Below, piece after piece: positions 11,676 to 25,056 of a stretch of DNA of 64,000 bases. The stretch comes from an uncultured Planctomycetota bacterium (GTDB taxonomy: Bacteria > Planctomycetota > Planctomycetia > Isosphaerales > Isosphaeraceae), in contig CAWGMQ010000010.1 of NCBI GenBank assembly GCA_963823665.1, positions 1,792,001 to 1,856,000 of the forward strand. Direction: 5' to 3'. Below the pieces are notes generated by a model. That model saw nothing but the letters and a program-made list of their open reading frames with translations, was not told where the DNA came from and did not search any database. Every line of letters starts with the position of its first letter. Position 1 is the first letter of the stretch. The translations under genes were made by a program, and so were the position numbers.

Positions 11676-12875
11676 ATGTTGTACTCTTCCTGGCTGCGAA
11701 ACTGGACTCGCTCCGCGCCCACAGCGGCTCGGCACACACAAAGGTCGTCTCGTGAGCGCGCCCGCCTCCGCCCACGGCTCGAAGCGATCGAAGATCGCTG
11801 CCTGATGTCGACCACCTTCGTGCAAACCAACCTCGTCTCCGACGACACCAAGTTCACTCCGGCCGAAGTCCAGGACTCGAACCTGGTCAATCCCTGGGGG
11901 CTGGCCGCCAGTCCTACCGGCGAGTGGTGGGTGGCCAACGAGGGCACGGGCACCAGTACCCTGTACAACACCTCGACCTCGCCAATTACGACCTTCTCGC
12001 TGGTCGCCAGCGTTCCGCCCGGCGCGCCGACCGGTGTCGTCTACAACCCCGGCGGCGGGTTCGACGTCACCGAAAACGGCAAGACCGGCTCTAGCGTCTT
12101 CCTGTTCGATACCGCCGCCGGCACCATCGCCGGTTGGAGTCCGAGCGTGGACCCCAGCCATGCCATCATTGCCGCGACCAACCCCGGCGCGATCTACCTC
12201 GGCCTGGCCATCGCCACGGATCGCCACGGCGAAACGCTGCTGTACGCGGCCGATTTCGCCAAGGGCAACATCGATGTCTACGATCAGAACTTCCAGACGG
12301 TAACGACCGTGCCCGGCAACTTCACCGACCCTGCATTGCCGAGCAACTACCACCCGTTCAACATCCAGGCCATCAACAATTCCCTCTACGTCGAATACGC
12401 CCCGGTCAATGACGTCCTGGCCGGGACGAAAGCACCGGGCGAAGGGGCCGTCGATATCTACAACGCCGACGGCCAGTTGCAAGACCGCCTGATCCGCCCC
12501 GACGACTCCCACATCGATCAGCCGTGGGCAGTCGCGATGGCCCCCTCGAACTTTGGCAGCTTCAGCGACGACCTTCTGGTCGGTAATTTCGCCGACGGCA
12601 CCATCAGCGCCTTCAATCCCAAGACCGGCCAGTTCGCCGGCGTGCTGAGAAACTCGAGCGGCCAGGCGATCGTCATCAAGCATCTGTGGGGCCTGGCGTT
12701 TGGCAACGGCGGCGCCGGTGGCCCGACGAACACGCTGTACTTCACAGCCGGCCTGACATCGCACTTGGCCCCAAGCGACGCGCCGTTCCACGGCCTGTTT
12801 GGGTCCCTGGAAATTGCGCAGCACGGGCAAGCAGCCGATGACGCGGTACGCGTGCGTGTCCGTCACCGTCATTAA
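11676..12875 (+). CDS. TIGR03118-family protein with planctomycete LEPRxLL-type N-terminal leader
   Basis: AGGAG RBS. Leader RPRLEAIEDRCLMS, then FVQTNLVSD, NLVNPWGLA, LYAADF, PFNIQAI, LLVGNFADG, LWGLAFGNG, LYFTAG, HGLFGSL. Confidence 0.85.
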   Translation: MLYSSWLRNWTRSAPTAARHTQRSSRERARLRPRLEAIEDRCLMSTTFVQTNLVSDDTKFTPAEVQDSNLVNPWGLAASPTGEWWVANEGTGTSTLYNTSTSPITTFSLVASVPPGAPTGVVYNPGGGFDVTENGKTGSSVFLFDTAAGTIAGWSPSVDPSHAIIAATNPGAIYLGLAIATDRHGETLLYAADFAKGNIDVYDQNFQTVTTVPGNFTDPALPSNYHPFNIQAINNSLYVEYAPVNDVLAGTKAPGEGAVDIYNADGQLQDRLIRPDDSHIDQPWAVAMAPSNFGSFSDDLLVGNFADGTISAFNPKTGQFAGVLRNSSGQAIVIKHLWGLAFGNGGAGGPTNTLYFTAGLTSHLAPSDAPFHGLFGSLEIAQHGQAADDAVRVRVRHRH

Positions 12876-13252
12876 AAACTCATTGGTCCGGCGAGCCTCG
12901 CGCAACTCGTTATCGGAGGGTGGGACCACGAACTGCAAGAGAGATCGTTTTGGGAGCCGATTCGTCGTGAGGCTCAGCATGACCGTCGCCTCCTGGGTCG
13001 CCGCGGGAGCAGTCCAGGCGCCGGCCCAGGAAGGGCTCTCGCACGCCGAGGACCCTGCGCTTTCTCGGCGGCTCACGAGGATCGATCAGGACAAACTTCT
13101 TCTGGGCGATTTCCCTGAGGCTGCCCCTCGACCCGCGTTATGACTTCGATGACTACCGTTAGCTGCGCTCACGTCTCGGCAATCGCGCCGCACCGCATCG
13201 TCGGATTGGATCAACCGTATCGCATGACATCCCACTCGAGGAGGAGATATCC

Positions 13253-16200
13253 ATGAGTAGCCATCGCAAACCTGGTCAGCGCTTTCGAAGTCGCCACCCG
13301 CCCGGTTCACCATCGCCGCCTCCGCGCCGCCCGGTCCTGGAGCTCCTCGAAGGCCGCGCCCTTCTGGCCACGTTCACCGTCAACAGCTTGGGGGATGCGG
13401 GGAGCGGTTCGGGCGACGCGGGTGACCTGGGGTACTGCATCAACCAGGCCAACGCCGATGACCAGGCGAACACGATCGTCTTCGATCCGACCGTCTTCGG
13501 CACGCCCCAGACGATTACGCTCTCTGGCGTCCCACTCGAGCTGAGCGACACCGGGGGCACCCAGACGATCACCGGGCCGGCCGCGGGGGTGACCGTCAGC
13601 GGCGGCGGAATCAGCCGCGTCTTTCAACTCGACAAAGGTGTGACCGCCTCGGTCTCCGGCCTGACCATCTCCGGCGGCTCGAGCTCGTACGGCAACGGCG
13701 GCGGTCTGCTGAACGACGGCACGGTGACGCTGACCGACTGCACCTTGAGCGGCAACACCGCAAGGTACGGCGGCGGCTTGTTCAATTCCGGCACGGCCGA
13801 CCTCACCGGCTGCACTCTCAGCGGCAACACCGCCTATTACAGTGCGTTTCGCACTATCGGCTATGTGAGCGCGTACGTCAACGTGGGCACCGGCGGGGGC
13901 GTGTTTAACGCCTCCTCGGCCATCCTGAGCTTGACCGACTGCACCGTCAGCGGCAGCTCCGCTGCCGGCGGCGGCGGCCTCGCCAATTTCGGCACGGCCA
14001 ACGTGAGTGACTGCACCTTCAGCGGCAACACCACCAGCGCCCTGGCCAATTTCAGCACGGCCAACCTGACCATGATTGACTCCACTATCAGCGGAAATTT
14101 TGGGAACTCTGGCGGCGGCGGCATGTTTAATTCAGGCACAGCCACCCTCACCGACTGCACCTTCAGCGGCAACGGCCCCGACGGCGTGAACAATGCCGGA
14201 ATGGCCGACCTGACCGGCTGCACCTCGAGCAGCAATTCCCTCGGTATGGACAATTCCGGAACGGCCGACTTGATCGACTGCACCTTGAGCAGCAACGAGA
14301 CCGCCTTGCTGAACGACGGCACGGCCAACCTGATCGACTCCACCGTGAGCGGTAATAACTGCGGAGGCGGAGAAGCCGGAGGCGTGGCCAATTACGACCT
14401 GGCCATCCTGACCGGCTGCACCGTGAGCGGCAACTCCTCCGGCAATGTTGCCGCCGGTGGCCTGCAAAACCTCTTCGCGGGGACGGTGATCCTGACCGAT
14501 ACCATTGTCGCCGGCAATACCGATTACTCCGGTCAGTACGTCCCCGGCGACATCTCCGGTAACGTTTCGGGCACCTACAACCTGATCGGCACCGGCGGCT
14601 CGGGGGGCCTGGTCAATGGGGTCGACGGCAACATCGTCTTGACCAGCCTCACCAACTTGGGCTTAGCCCCTCTGGGCAACTTTGGCGGGCCGACTCAAAC
14701 CATGGCCTTGCTCTCCGGCAGCCCGGCCATCGCCGCGGGTGTGATCGCCGACTATCCGGGCACAACCACCCCGATCACAACCGACCAGCGCGGCGAGCCG
14801 CTCGACACACCCAACCCCGACATCGGCGCCTTCCAGGTCCAGGGGTCCGGCCTCATCGCGCTGACCTTCTCGGGACTCAGCAACCCGAGCATCAACTCCG
14901 ACATCCCCAGCGTGTCCATCTCCGGTACGTTGGCCAACGGCTCGCAGGCCCCGGTCGGCGAAAGCGTCACCGTGACATTGGACGGCGTCCAGCAGTCGGC
15001 CACAATCGGCTCCGGAGGCGCGTTCTCCACGAGCTTCGACACGACCGGCCTCTTGGTCGCCAATTCGCCCTACACGGTCGACTTCGCGTATTTCGGCGAC
15101 GGGACGTTCGCCCCCGCCAGCACCACTAGCACGCTGACGGTCGAGCCAACGCACACCATCTTAACGGTAAACAGCCTGGGAGATGCGGGGATCGGTTCCG
15201 GCGACGCGGGCGACCTGCGTTACTGCGTCAACCAGGCCAACGCCGATGACGGGGTAGACACGATCGTCTTCGATCCGACCGTCTTCAGCACGGCCCAGAC
15301 GATCACGCTCTCCGGCGGCCAGCTCGAGCTGAGCGACACCGGCGGAATGCAGACGATCACTGCCCCGGCCGCGGGGTTGACCTTGGGCGGCGGCGGGAGC
15401 AGCCGCGTCTTCGAGATCGACTCTGGTGTGACTGCCTCGCTCTCCGGCGTGACCATCTCCGGCGGATCGATCTCGTCGGGCAATGGCGGCGGTCTGGCGA
15501 ACTACGGCACGGCGACGCTCACCGGCTGCACGATCCAGGGCAACTCGGCCCAGGACTCCTACGGCGCCGGCGGCGGCGGCGTGTTCAGTGGCGAGGGGGC
15601 CGACCTGACCCTGACCGACTGCACCGTCAGCGGCAACTCCGCCGACGACGGTGGCGGCGGTCTGGAAAACAAGGGCACGGCCACCCTGACCGACTGCACC
15701 GTCAGCGGCAACACCGGCTCCTACGGCGGCGGCGTGTTCGAAAACTACAAGGCCCAACTGAGCCTGACCGGCTGCACGGTAAGCGGCAACTCCGCCGCCA
15801 CCTACGGCGGCGGCCTGGACGCCAACAGCTACCCCTCCAGCTACATCACAGTCGTGACCGACACGATCGTCGCCGGCAACACCAATCCCTCCGGCGCCAG
15901 CGACATCGGCGGTAACGCTTCGGGCACCTACAACCTGATCGGCACCGGCGGCTCGGGGGGCCTGGCCAATGGGGTCGACGGCAACATCGTCGGCGTGGCC
16001 AATCCCCTCCTGGCGCCGCTGGACAACTACGGCGGGCCGACCCAGACCATCGCCCTGCTCGCCGGCAGCCCCGCCTTGGGCGCCGGTGTGATCGTCGACT
16101 ACCCGGGCACCACCACCCCGATCACCACCGATCAGCGCGGCCTCCCGCTCGACTCCCCCAATCCCGACATCGGCGCCTTCCAGAACCAGGGGTCCCCACT

Positions 16201-19200
16201 CCTCGGGCTGACCTTCTCGGTGAGCAATCAGAGCATCACCTACGGCACGCCAAGCGTGACCATTTCCGGGACGCTGGCCGACGGCGCGCAGGCCCCGGTG
16301 GGCGAGACCGTCGCCGTGACGCTCGACGGCGTCGAGCAGTCGGCCACCATCGGCCCTGGCGGCGCCTTCTCCACCACCCTCGACACCGCCGGCCTCACCG
16401 TGCTCGATTCGCCCTACACGGTCGACTACGCCTATGCGTATACCAGCGGCACGAGCTTCGCCTCCGCCAGTGCCACGAGCAAGCTGACGGTCAACCCGAC
16501 GCTCATCACTTTGACGGTCGACAGCCTTGGGGATGCGGGGATCGGTTCCGGCGACGCGGGCGACCTGCGGTACTGCATCGACCAGGTCAACGCCGACGAC
16601 CAGTCGAACACGATCGTCTTCGATCCGACCGTCTTCGGCACTGCCCAGACGATCACGCTCTCCGGCGGCACGCTCGAGCTGGAAAACATCTGGGGGACGC
16701 AGACGATCACCGGGCCGGCCGCGGGGTTGACCTTGAGCGGCGGCGGGAGCAGCCGCGTCTTCCAGGTCGACTCGGGTGTGACCGCCTCGATCACCGGCGT
16801 GACGATCACCGGCGGATCGATCTCGTCGGGCAATGGCGGCGGTCTGGCGAACTACGGCGCGGCGACGCTCACCGGCTGCACGATCCAGGGCAACTCGGCC
16901 CAGGACTCCTACGGCGGCGGCGTGTTCAATGCCGCGGGGGCCAACCTGACCCTGACCGACTGCACCGTCAGCGGCAACTCCGCCGACGTCTACGGCGGCG
17001 GCGGTCTGGGAAACAAGGGCACCGCCACCTTGACCGACTGCACCTTGAGCGGCAACACCGGCTCCTACGGCGGCGGCGTGCTCAATGCCTACACGGGCAA
17101 GCTGACCCTGACCGACTGCACCGTCAGCGGCAACTCCGCCACCTACGGCGGCGGCGTGTTCGAATACTTAAAGGCCCAACTGAGCCTGACCGGCTGCACG
17201 GTCAGCGGCAACTCCGCCCAGGGCGGCGGCGGCGGCCTGTACGCGGCCAGCTACTCCTCCAGCTACAACACAGTCCTGACCGACACGATCGTCGCCGGCA
17301 ACACCGATCCCTCCGGCGCCAGCGACATCGCCGGTCGGGGAAACGTCTCGGGCAACAACAACCTGATCGGCACCGGCGGCTCGGGGCGGCTGGTCAATGG
17401 CGCGAGCGGCAACATCGTCCTGACCAGCCTCACCGGCTTGGACCTGGCCCCGCTGGGCAACAACGGCGGCCCGACCCAGACCATGGCCCTGCTCCCCGGC
17501 AGCCCGGCGATCGGCGCAGGTGTCGTCGCCGACTACCCGGGCACCACCACTCCGATCACCACCGACCAGCGCGGTGAGCCGCTCGACTCCTCCAATCCCG
17601 ACATCGGCGCCTTCCAGACCCAGCCTCCCACACTCACCTCACTGACCTTCTCGGGAATCAGCAGCCAGAGCATCACATACGGCAGCACGAGCGTAACCGT
17701 TTCCGGTACGCTTGCCAACGGTTCGCAAGCCCCGGTGGGCGAGACCGTCGCCGTGACGCTCGACCACGTCCAGCAGTCGGCCAGGATCGGCTCCGGCGGC
17801 GCCTTCTCCACCACCTTCAATGCCGACGGCCTCACCGTCGCCGGCTCGCCCGACACGGTCAAGTATGCCTACTCGAGCGACGGGACCTTCGCCTCCGCCA
17901 GCACCACCAGCACGCTGACGGTGAACCCGGCGACGCTCACCATCACGGCAGAACCCGAGACCAAGGTCTACGGCGCCGACGACCCGGCGATGGCCTATAC
18001 CGTCAGCGGTTTCCAGTTCCACGACACCGCCGGATCGGTCCTGACCGGGTCCCTGGCCCGGACGGAGTCGGGCACCCTGTCCGGCGAACAGGCCGGCGGC
18101 TACGCGATCAGCCAGGGGGCGCTCGCGGCCAGCAGTAATTACATCATCAGTTTCACGGGCAATACGCTGACCATCACCCCGGCGCCCTTGACAGTCACCG
18201 CCCATGCCCAGACCAAGGTCTACGGCACCGACGACCCCGCCTTGACCGACACGGCCACCGGACTTGTCGATACCACAGCCGACGGGGTGACGATCGACGA
18301 CACGGCCGCGACGGCGCTGGCGGGCGATCTGGCGCGGACACCGGGCGAGCCGGTATCCGGCGGCCCCTATGCGATCACCCAGGGGACGCTCGCGGCGAGC
18401 AACTACACGATCACCTTTACCGGCAGCACGCTCGCCATCACCCCGGCGCCCTTGACCGTCACCGCCAATCCCCAGACCAAGGTCTACGGCACGGCCGATC
18501 CCACCCTGACCGACACCGCAACCGGATTTGTCGACACCACGGTCGACGGCGTGACGATCGACGACACCGCCGCCACGGCGCTGACGGGCCATCTGGCGCG
18601 CACATCCGGCGAGACGGTATCCGGCGGCCCCTATGCGATCACCCAGGGAACGCTCGCGGCGAGCAACTACAAGATCACCTTCACCGGCAGCACGCTCACG
18701 ATTACCCCGGCGCCCTTGACCGTCACCGCCAATCCCCAGACCAAGGTCTACGGCACGGCCGATCCCACCCTGACCGATACCGCAACCGGATTTGTCGACA
18801 CCACGGTCGACGGGGTGACGATTGACGACACAGCCGCGACTGCCCTCACGGGCGAGCTTGCGCGGACACCGGGCGAGACGGTATCCGGCGGCCCCTATGC
18901 GATCACCCAGGGCACGCTCGCGGCGAGCAACTACACGATCACCTTCACCGGCAGCACGCTCACCATCACCCCGGCAACGCTAACCATCACGGCCAATCCG
19001 CAGACCAAAGTCTACGGCACGGACGATCCCGCCTTGACCGATACCGCAACCGGCTTCGTCCACACCACGGTCGACGGCGCGGCGATCGACGACACCGCCG
19101 CGACGGTGCTGACGGGCCAGCTTGCGCGGACACCCGGCGAGACGGTTTCCGGCGGCCCCTACGAGATCACCCAGGGGACGCTCGCGGCCAGCAGTAACTA

Positions 19201-20723
19201 CACCATCAGCTTCACCGGCAATACCCTGACCATCACGCCGGCGCCCTTGACCATCACGGCCAGTCCGCAGACCAAAGTCTACGGCACGGACGATCCCGCC
19301 TTGACCGATACCGCAACCGGCTTCGTCCACACCACGGTCGACGGCGCGGCGATCGACGACACCGCCGCGACGGTGCTGACGGGCCAGCTCGCGCGGACAT
19401 CCGGCGAGACGGTATCCGGCGACCCCTATGCGATCACCCAGGGCACCCTCGCGGCCGACAGCAATTACACACTGAGCTTCACCGGCAGCACGCTCGCGAT
19501 CACCCCGGCGACCTTGAACGTCACCGCCAATCCCCAGACGAAGGTCTACGGTACCGCCGACCCCAGATTGACCGATGGAGTGACCGGTCTCGTCGATACA
19601 ACGGTGGACGGCGTGATGATCGACGACACGGCCGCGACTGTCCTGACCGGCGCGCTTGCCCGGGCGGAGGCCGGCACCGTGGCCGGCGAACAGGCCGGCG
19701 GCTACGCGATCACTCAGGGCACGCTCGCGGCGAACAGCAACTACACAATCCAGTTCAATGCGAGCAACCTGACGATTAGCCCAGCAACGCCGACCGTGAG
19801 CGTGCTCGCTCCGGGCGGGGTTTATACCGGCTCGCGGATCGCAGCCCAGGCGACGGTGGCCGGCACAAGCGGCACATCGGCCGCCAGCCTCGAGGGCGTC
19901 TCCCCGGCTTTGACCTATTACGTCGGTTCGGGCACTTCAGGCACAAGCCTCGGCTCGACACCGCCGATCCAGCCGGGGACTTACACGGTGGTGGCCAGCT
20001 TCCCCGACAGCGCCGATTACGTTGCGAGCCAGTCATTGCCGGTGACATTCACCATCGGCAAGGCCGCCCCGACGATCGCGCTGGTTCCCTCCGTCGAATC
20101 ATCGGTCTTCGGCCAGTCGGTGACGCTGACCGCCTCGATCGCCTTTGACGCCGCCGTGCCGGGCGGCTCGGTCACGTTCTACGATGGCTCGACGGCGCTG
20201 GGCACCGCGGCGGTCAACGCCTCGGGCAAGGCCATGCTGGCCACGGCGGCGCTCGGGGTCGGCATACATTCGCTCACCGCTTCGTACGCGGGCGACTCCG
20301 ACTTCGCGTCCAGTGTGTCGAAGGCCTCTGAAGAGTCGGTCTCCGCAAGCCGCCACCCAGGTCGTCCTGGTCCCGCAGCCGGTGTTCAGGCACAAGCGCA
20401 ACCTGGTCTCGCTTGGCCTGAAAGCCCAGGTCCAGCCGACAGCCCCGGCGAGTGGAGTGCCCACCGGCAGCGTGACCTTCGAGATCCAGAAAAAGGTAGG
20501 AAAGAAGTTGACCGAAAAGGTGCTGGGAACCGTCGCACTCAGCGGCGGGTCGGCGACCCTCTCAGTCAAGCCTGGCGTCGTGCTCGACAAGCCGATCACG
20601 GTCCTTTACAGCGGCGCCTCCGACTTCACAGCGAGCACCACTGCGCCCTCTTTGCTGACGATGAAGGCACTCGATCGAATGGCCCAACAGTCCGCGACTC
20701 CCCGATCCAGCCGCCACCACTGA
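13253..20723 (+). CDS. Giant repetitive surface protein 2: LEPRxLL leader, three beta-helix/anchor-Q/Ig modules, 7 MBG-type repeats, Ig-like domains, basic C-terminal domain; frameshift at ~20345
   Basis: [25 protein letters not shown]. Three TV(N/D)SLGDAG..GDLxYC modules. C-terminus lies in the frame of ORF 20145..20723 ([17 protein letters not shown]). Confidence 0.9.
17925..19785 (+). repeat. Seven tandem MBG-type domain repeats
   Basis: Same unit as 4610-6440, with high nucleotide similarity. Confidence 0.85.
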
Positions 20724-20997
20724 CGCGGCGGCACCGCTCGGTCCAGGTGCCACGCCACCGAGCCCGCCCGCAGTTGCCAGTCGTTCGCCAAAGACGCCGA
20801 ACACGCCAAGAACGCCTTGCGGCGACCCAAGGCGCCCAAGGGCTGTCCCCTCGCTCCCTTGTCGAGACTTTCGATATGGTTGCGACGCAGTTATGCTGAT
20901 CGTAGCAGCATCCTTGTCGGCCAGCGGCCGAGCCCGCAACAGCGAGTCGCGGCCTATCACGAGCCGCGGGCAGCGTCCCATTATGGTTGGTCTTCCA

Positions 20998-21569
20998 ATG
21001 AACGATGTCACGAAGATCCTCTCGGCTATCGAGCGGGGCGACCCGAAGGCGGGCGACCAGCTCCTGCCGCTGGTCTACGATGAGCTGCGCCGGCTGGCTG
21101 CCCGACGGCTCGCCCACGAGAGGCCAGGCCAGACGTTGCAGCCAACCGCCCTGGTGCATGAGGCCTATCTCCGGCTCGTCGGGTCCGGCGAGCCGCTGCG
21201 CTGGGAGGGGCGCGGCCATTTCTTCGCCGCGGCTGCCGAGGCTATGCGGCGTATCCTCGTCGAGGCGGCGCGGCGCAGCGCACCCTCAAACGCGGCGGCG
21301 ACCGTCAGCGTGAGCCTGTCGACCTCGACGCCCTGCACGCCGGTGGCCCCGCGCAGGACGTTTTGGCCCTGCACGAGGCCCTGGAGCAGCTCGCCGCACA
21401 CGACCCCCTCAAGGCCAGGCTGGTGGAGATGCGGGTCTTCGGCGGCCTGACTCTGAACGAGGCGGCCGACTGCCTGGGCATCCCGGAGCGATCCGCCGAC
21501 CGCGCCTGGCGGTACGCCCGGGCCTGGTTGTACGCCTCCATGGCCGGGGAAGATTCCGGGAAAAAATGA
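20998..21569 (+). CDS. ECF sigma factor, TIGR02999/ECF43-like; frameshift at ~21278
   Basis: [64 protein letters not shown]-terminal [10 protein letters not shown]. Confidence 0.88.
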
Positions 21570-21577
21570 TAGGCACG

Positions 21578-21606
21578 TGACGCTTTTCGGGCTTCGACGA
21601 CGCATA
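21578..21606 (+). promoter_or_regulatory. Bipartite motif TGACGC-N17-CGCATA
   Basis: Lies between the sigma stop and the kinase start. A-tract upstream. Confidence 0.55.
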
Positions 21607-21764
21607 GAGGGCTGGTGACACACCCCCGCCCCGCGCCCGGGGGGTATCTCCGGCGCGGAGTTCCGCCCGACGCAGGGCCTGTGACCCGGTTTCGGGTCCA
21701 TCGTGCCGGCGGCAGCGGGGCCGGTGAACGCTTCCTGGGCCACGTTAGCTGGAGGAATGCTGCA

Positions 21765-24700
21765 ATGGGAGAAGAGTCGATCTTCGCCGCCGCGTTGACC
21801 AAGGCCCCCGGGGCCGAGCGGCGCGCTTTCCTTGACGAGGCCTGCGCCGGCGACGATGAGCTCCGCCGCCGCGTCGAGCGTCTCCTCGAGGTCGACCGGC
21901 TGTCCGGTGGCATCCTTGACATCGTTTCCGCGGCCACTCTCGATGAGAATCCCCGGCCGGATCGCACATCGCCGCCGGACCCGACCGCCACGGCCGTACA
22001 CTGCCCGATCGCCCAGCCCGGCCTCGTCATCGCCGGGCGGTACACGCTCCAGGAAAAGATCGGCGAAGGCGGCATGGGTGAGGTCTGGGTCGCCAAGCAA
22101 TCCGAGCCGGTCCGGCGCAAGGTCGCCCTCAAGCTCATCAAGGCCGGCATGGATTCCCGGGCGGTGCTCCAGCGCTTCGAGCAGGAGCGGCAGGCGCTGG
22201 CGCTGATGGACCACCCCAACATCGCCCGCGTCTTGGACGGTGGCCTGACTCCCACCGGTCAACCCTTCTTCGTCATGGAGCTGGTCAACGGCCTGCCCCT
22301 CACGCGGTTCTGCGACGAGGCCCGGCTCTCGCCCCATGAGCGGCTCGCGCTCTTTGTCCCGATCTGCCAGGCGGTCCAGCACGCGCACCAGAAGGGCATC
22401 GTCCACCGCGATCTGAAGCCCGCCAACATCCTGGTCACGCTCATCGACGGCAACGGTGTGCCCAAGGTCATCGACTTCGGCGTCGTCAAGGCGATTGCCG
22501 GCAAGATCACGGACGCATCGATGTCGACCCAGTTCGGCGCCATGGTCGGTACGCTGGAGTACATGGCACCGGAGCAGGCTGGCTACTCCGGCGCCGACGT
22601 CGACACCCGCGCCGATATCTATTCCCTGGGCGTGATCCTCTACGAGCTGCTCACCGGTCTGCGCCCGATCGACGCCCGGCGCCTGGAGAAAGCAGCGCTC
22701 ACCGAGATGATCCGGATCATCCGCGAGGAAGAGCCTTCGAAGCCCTCGACGCGACTCTCCACCGATGAGTCGCTCCCATCCCTGGCGGCCATGCGGCGCA
22801 CCGAGCCCCGCCGGCTGACGGCGATGCTGCGCGGCGAGCTCGACTGGGTCGTGATGAAATGCCTCGAGAAGGCTCGCGAGCGCCGGTACGAATCAGCAAG
22901 CGGCCTGGCGCGAGACATCCAGCGCTACCTGGCGGATGAGCCGGTCGAGGCGCGGCCGCCGTCGGCGGCCTATCGCCTGGCCAAGCTCCTCAAGCGACAC
23001 CGCACCGCGGGGATCGCGGCCGGTATCGTCCTGGTGGCGCTCTTGGTCGGGATCGCCGGGATGACCTTCGGCCTGGTCCGCGCCGAGATCCAGCGCGAGA
23101 AGGCCGAGCAGGCCCAGGCGGCCGAGGCCGAGCAGCGGGCGCGGGCCGAGGCGCAGCTCGCGAAGGCCGTCGCGGCCGAGCGGCAGACGGGCATCGAGCG
23201 CGACAAGGCCGTCGCGGCCGAGGCGAAGGCCCGCGCGATCAACGACTTCCTGACTCAGGACTTGCTCTATCATAACGCGCCGGAATTCAACGCGGTCGGG
23301 AGCAATGTGACCCTCCGTGAGGTCCTCGACCGCGCCGCGGCGCAGCGTCGGCCCGCGGTTCGCCGGCCAGCCCGAGATCGAGTCGGCTCTGCGCGTCACG
23401 ATCGCGCGCACCTACCTCGGATTGGGCTCGTTGGACCAGGCCGAGGCAACCTGGCGGTCGCTGCTGGATGCCGCGCGGCGGCGCGACCCGGATTCTGCCG
23501 AGACGTTCATCGCGCAAGGTGAGCTGGCGCACGCCCTGCGCGAGCGCGGTCGGCGCGACGCAGAGGTCTTGAAGATGGCCGAGGCGGCCGCCCAGGCGGT
23601 CGAGCGCAAGCTGGGACCGAACAACTTTGATGCGGAAAACATGCTCTCATACCTCGCCGTGATGTACGAGGACTTGGGCAGGTTCGATGAGGCGGTCACG
23701 CTCTTCGAGCGGGTCCGCGACACCAGGGTCGCCAGGCTAGGCCCAGACCACATCGTCACCCTGCAGCCACGCCAGAATCTCGGTCACGCGTACCTGCTTG
23801 CCGGCAAGCTCCCCGAGGCGATCGCCCTTCTCAAGCAGGTCTATGATGCTGAGGTCAAGCTGGGCCCCGACCATTCACTTACCATAACCACCGCCAATAA
23901 CCTCGCCGTGGCGCTCAGCCATGCCGGCAAGGACGCTGAAGCCGTCGCGCTGCTCGAGCCGGTGCGCGATACCGCAACCGCCATGCTGGGCCCTGACCAT
24001 CCGCTCACGCTGCACACGCTCAACAACCTCGCCACAAACTACGCTTTAGTAGGCAAGGTCCGCGACGCAATCGCGATGCTCGAGCGGGCGCGCGACGCCG
24101 AGATCGCCAAGCTGGGCCCCGACCATCCCCTCACCCTGACCACCCGCTACAACCTCGCCAGAGCGTACCAAGCCGATGGTAAGCTCCGTGAGGCGATCGA
24201 ACTACTCACCCGCGTGCTCGACGGCCGGATCGCCAAGCTCGGGCCCGACCATCCCGACACGCTGAACACGCGCCTCGCCCTCGCCGTGGCCTACTATTTC
24301 GCGAAGCAGCTCGACCGATCCGTGCCGCTCTTCGAGGACGCGCTCAAGCGAACGGAGGCCAGGTTCGGCCGTGCGCATGTGGAGACCCAGCGTGTCGTGG
24401 CCAACCTCGGGATCAATTACAAGGAAGCCGGCCGGCTCCGCGAGGCGATTCCGCTGCTCGAGGAAGCCTACCACTCGGGGCTGCTTGGCTTGGACTGGGT
24501 CGGCACGGCGCTCTTCGATGCCTATGTGAAGGATGGCCGGTCGAACGAGGCGGTGAAGCTCTTCAATCAACTCCTGCCCCTCGCCCGGTCGGAAAATCCC
24601 AAAGAAAGCCCGCGACTCGCGGACTTCCTGGCGGCGTCCTGTCTCGCGCTGATGAACGTCAAGGCTTTTGCCGAGGCTGAGCCGCTCCTCCGCGAATGCC

Positions 24701-25002
24701 TGGCCATCCGCGAAAAAAATCTGCCCGATGATTGGAGAACCTTCAACACGAAGTCGATGCTCGGGGGCGCCTTGTCGGCCCAGAAGAAACTTGCCGATGC
24801 CGAGCCGCTGCTGCTCGCCGGCTACCAGGGGATGAAGCAGCGAGAAGCAACGATCCCGCCCGAGGGGAAACCCCGGTTGCCCGAAGCGATCGAGCGACTC
24901 GTCCAGTTCTACGAGGCCACCAACAACCCCGGCGAGGCGTCCCGATGGCGCAAAGGACTCGACCCGAGCAAGCCGCCCGAGAAACCCTCCCAGAAGCCCT
25001 GA
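21765..25002 (+). CDS. Membrane Ser/Thr kinase with kinesin-light-chain-like TPR repeats; frameshift at ~23340
   Basis: GGAGG RBS. GEGGMGEVW, HRDLKPAN, DFG, APE. Hydrophobic GIAAGIVLVALLVGIAGMTFGLV. Repeated LGPDHPLTL TPR units. Confidence 0.88.
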
Positions 25003-25056
25003 GCGGCTTACCGGCGCGTGTGAGTCTCCCAGATTCGAAGAAAAACCGAACGCCCC

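Noticed and set aside
13198..13226. Seventh copy of the N17 motif before surface protein 2
   Set aside because: CGCATG is present but the upstream hexamer (TCGTCG) does not fit.
20786..20845. 9-nt periodic CGCCRA-type repeats
   Set aside because: Three to four degenerate units. May be an eroded REP-like element but there is no second copy in the window.
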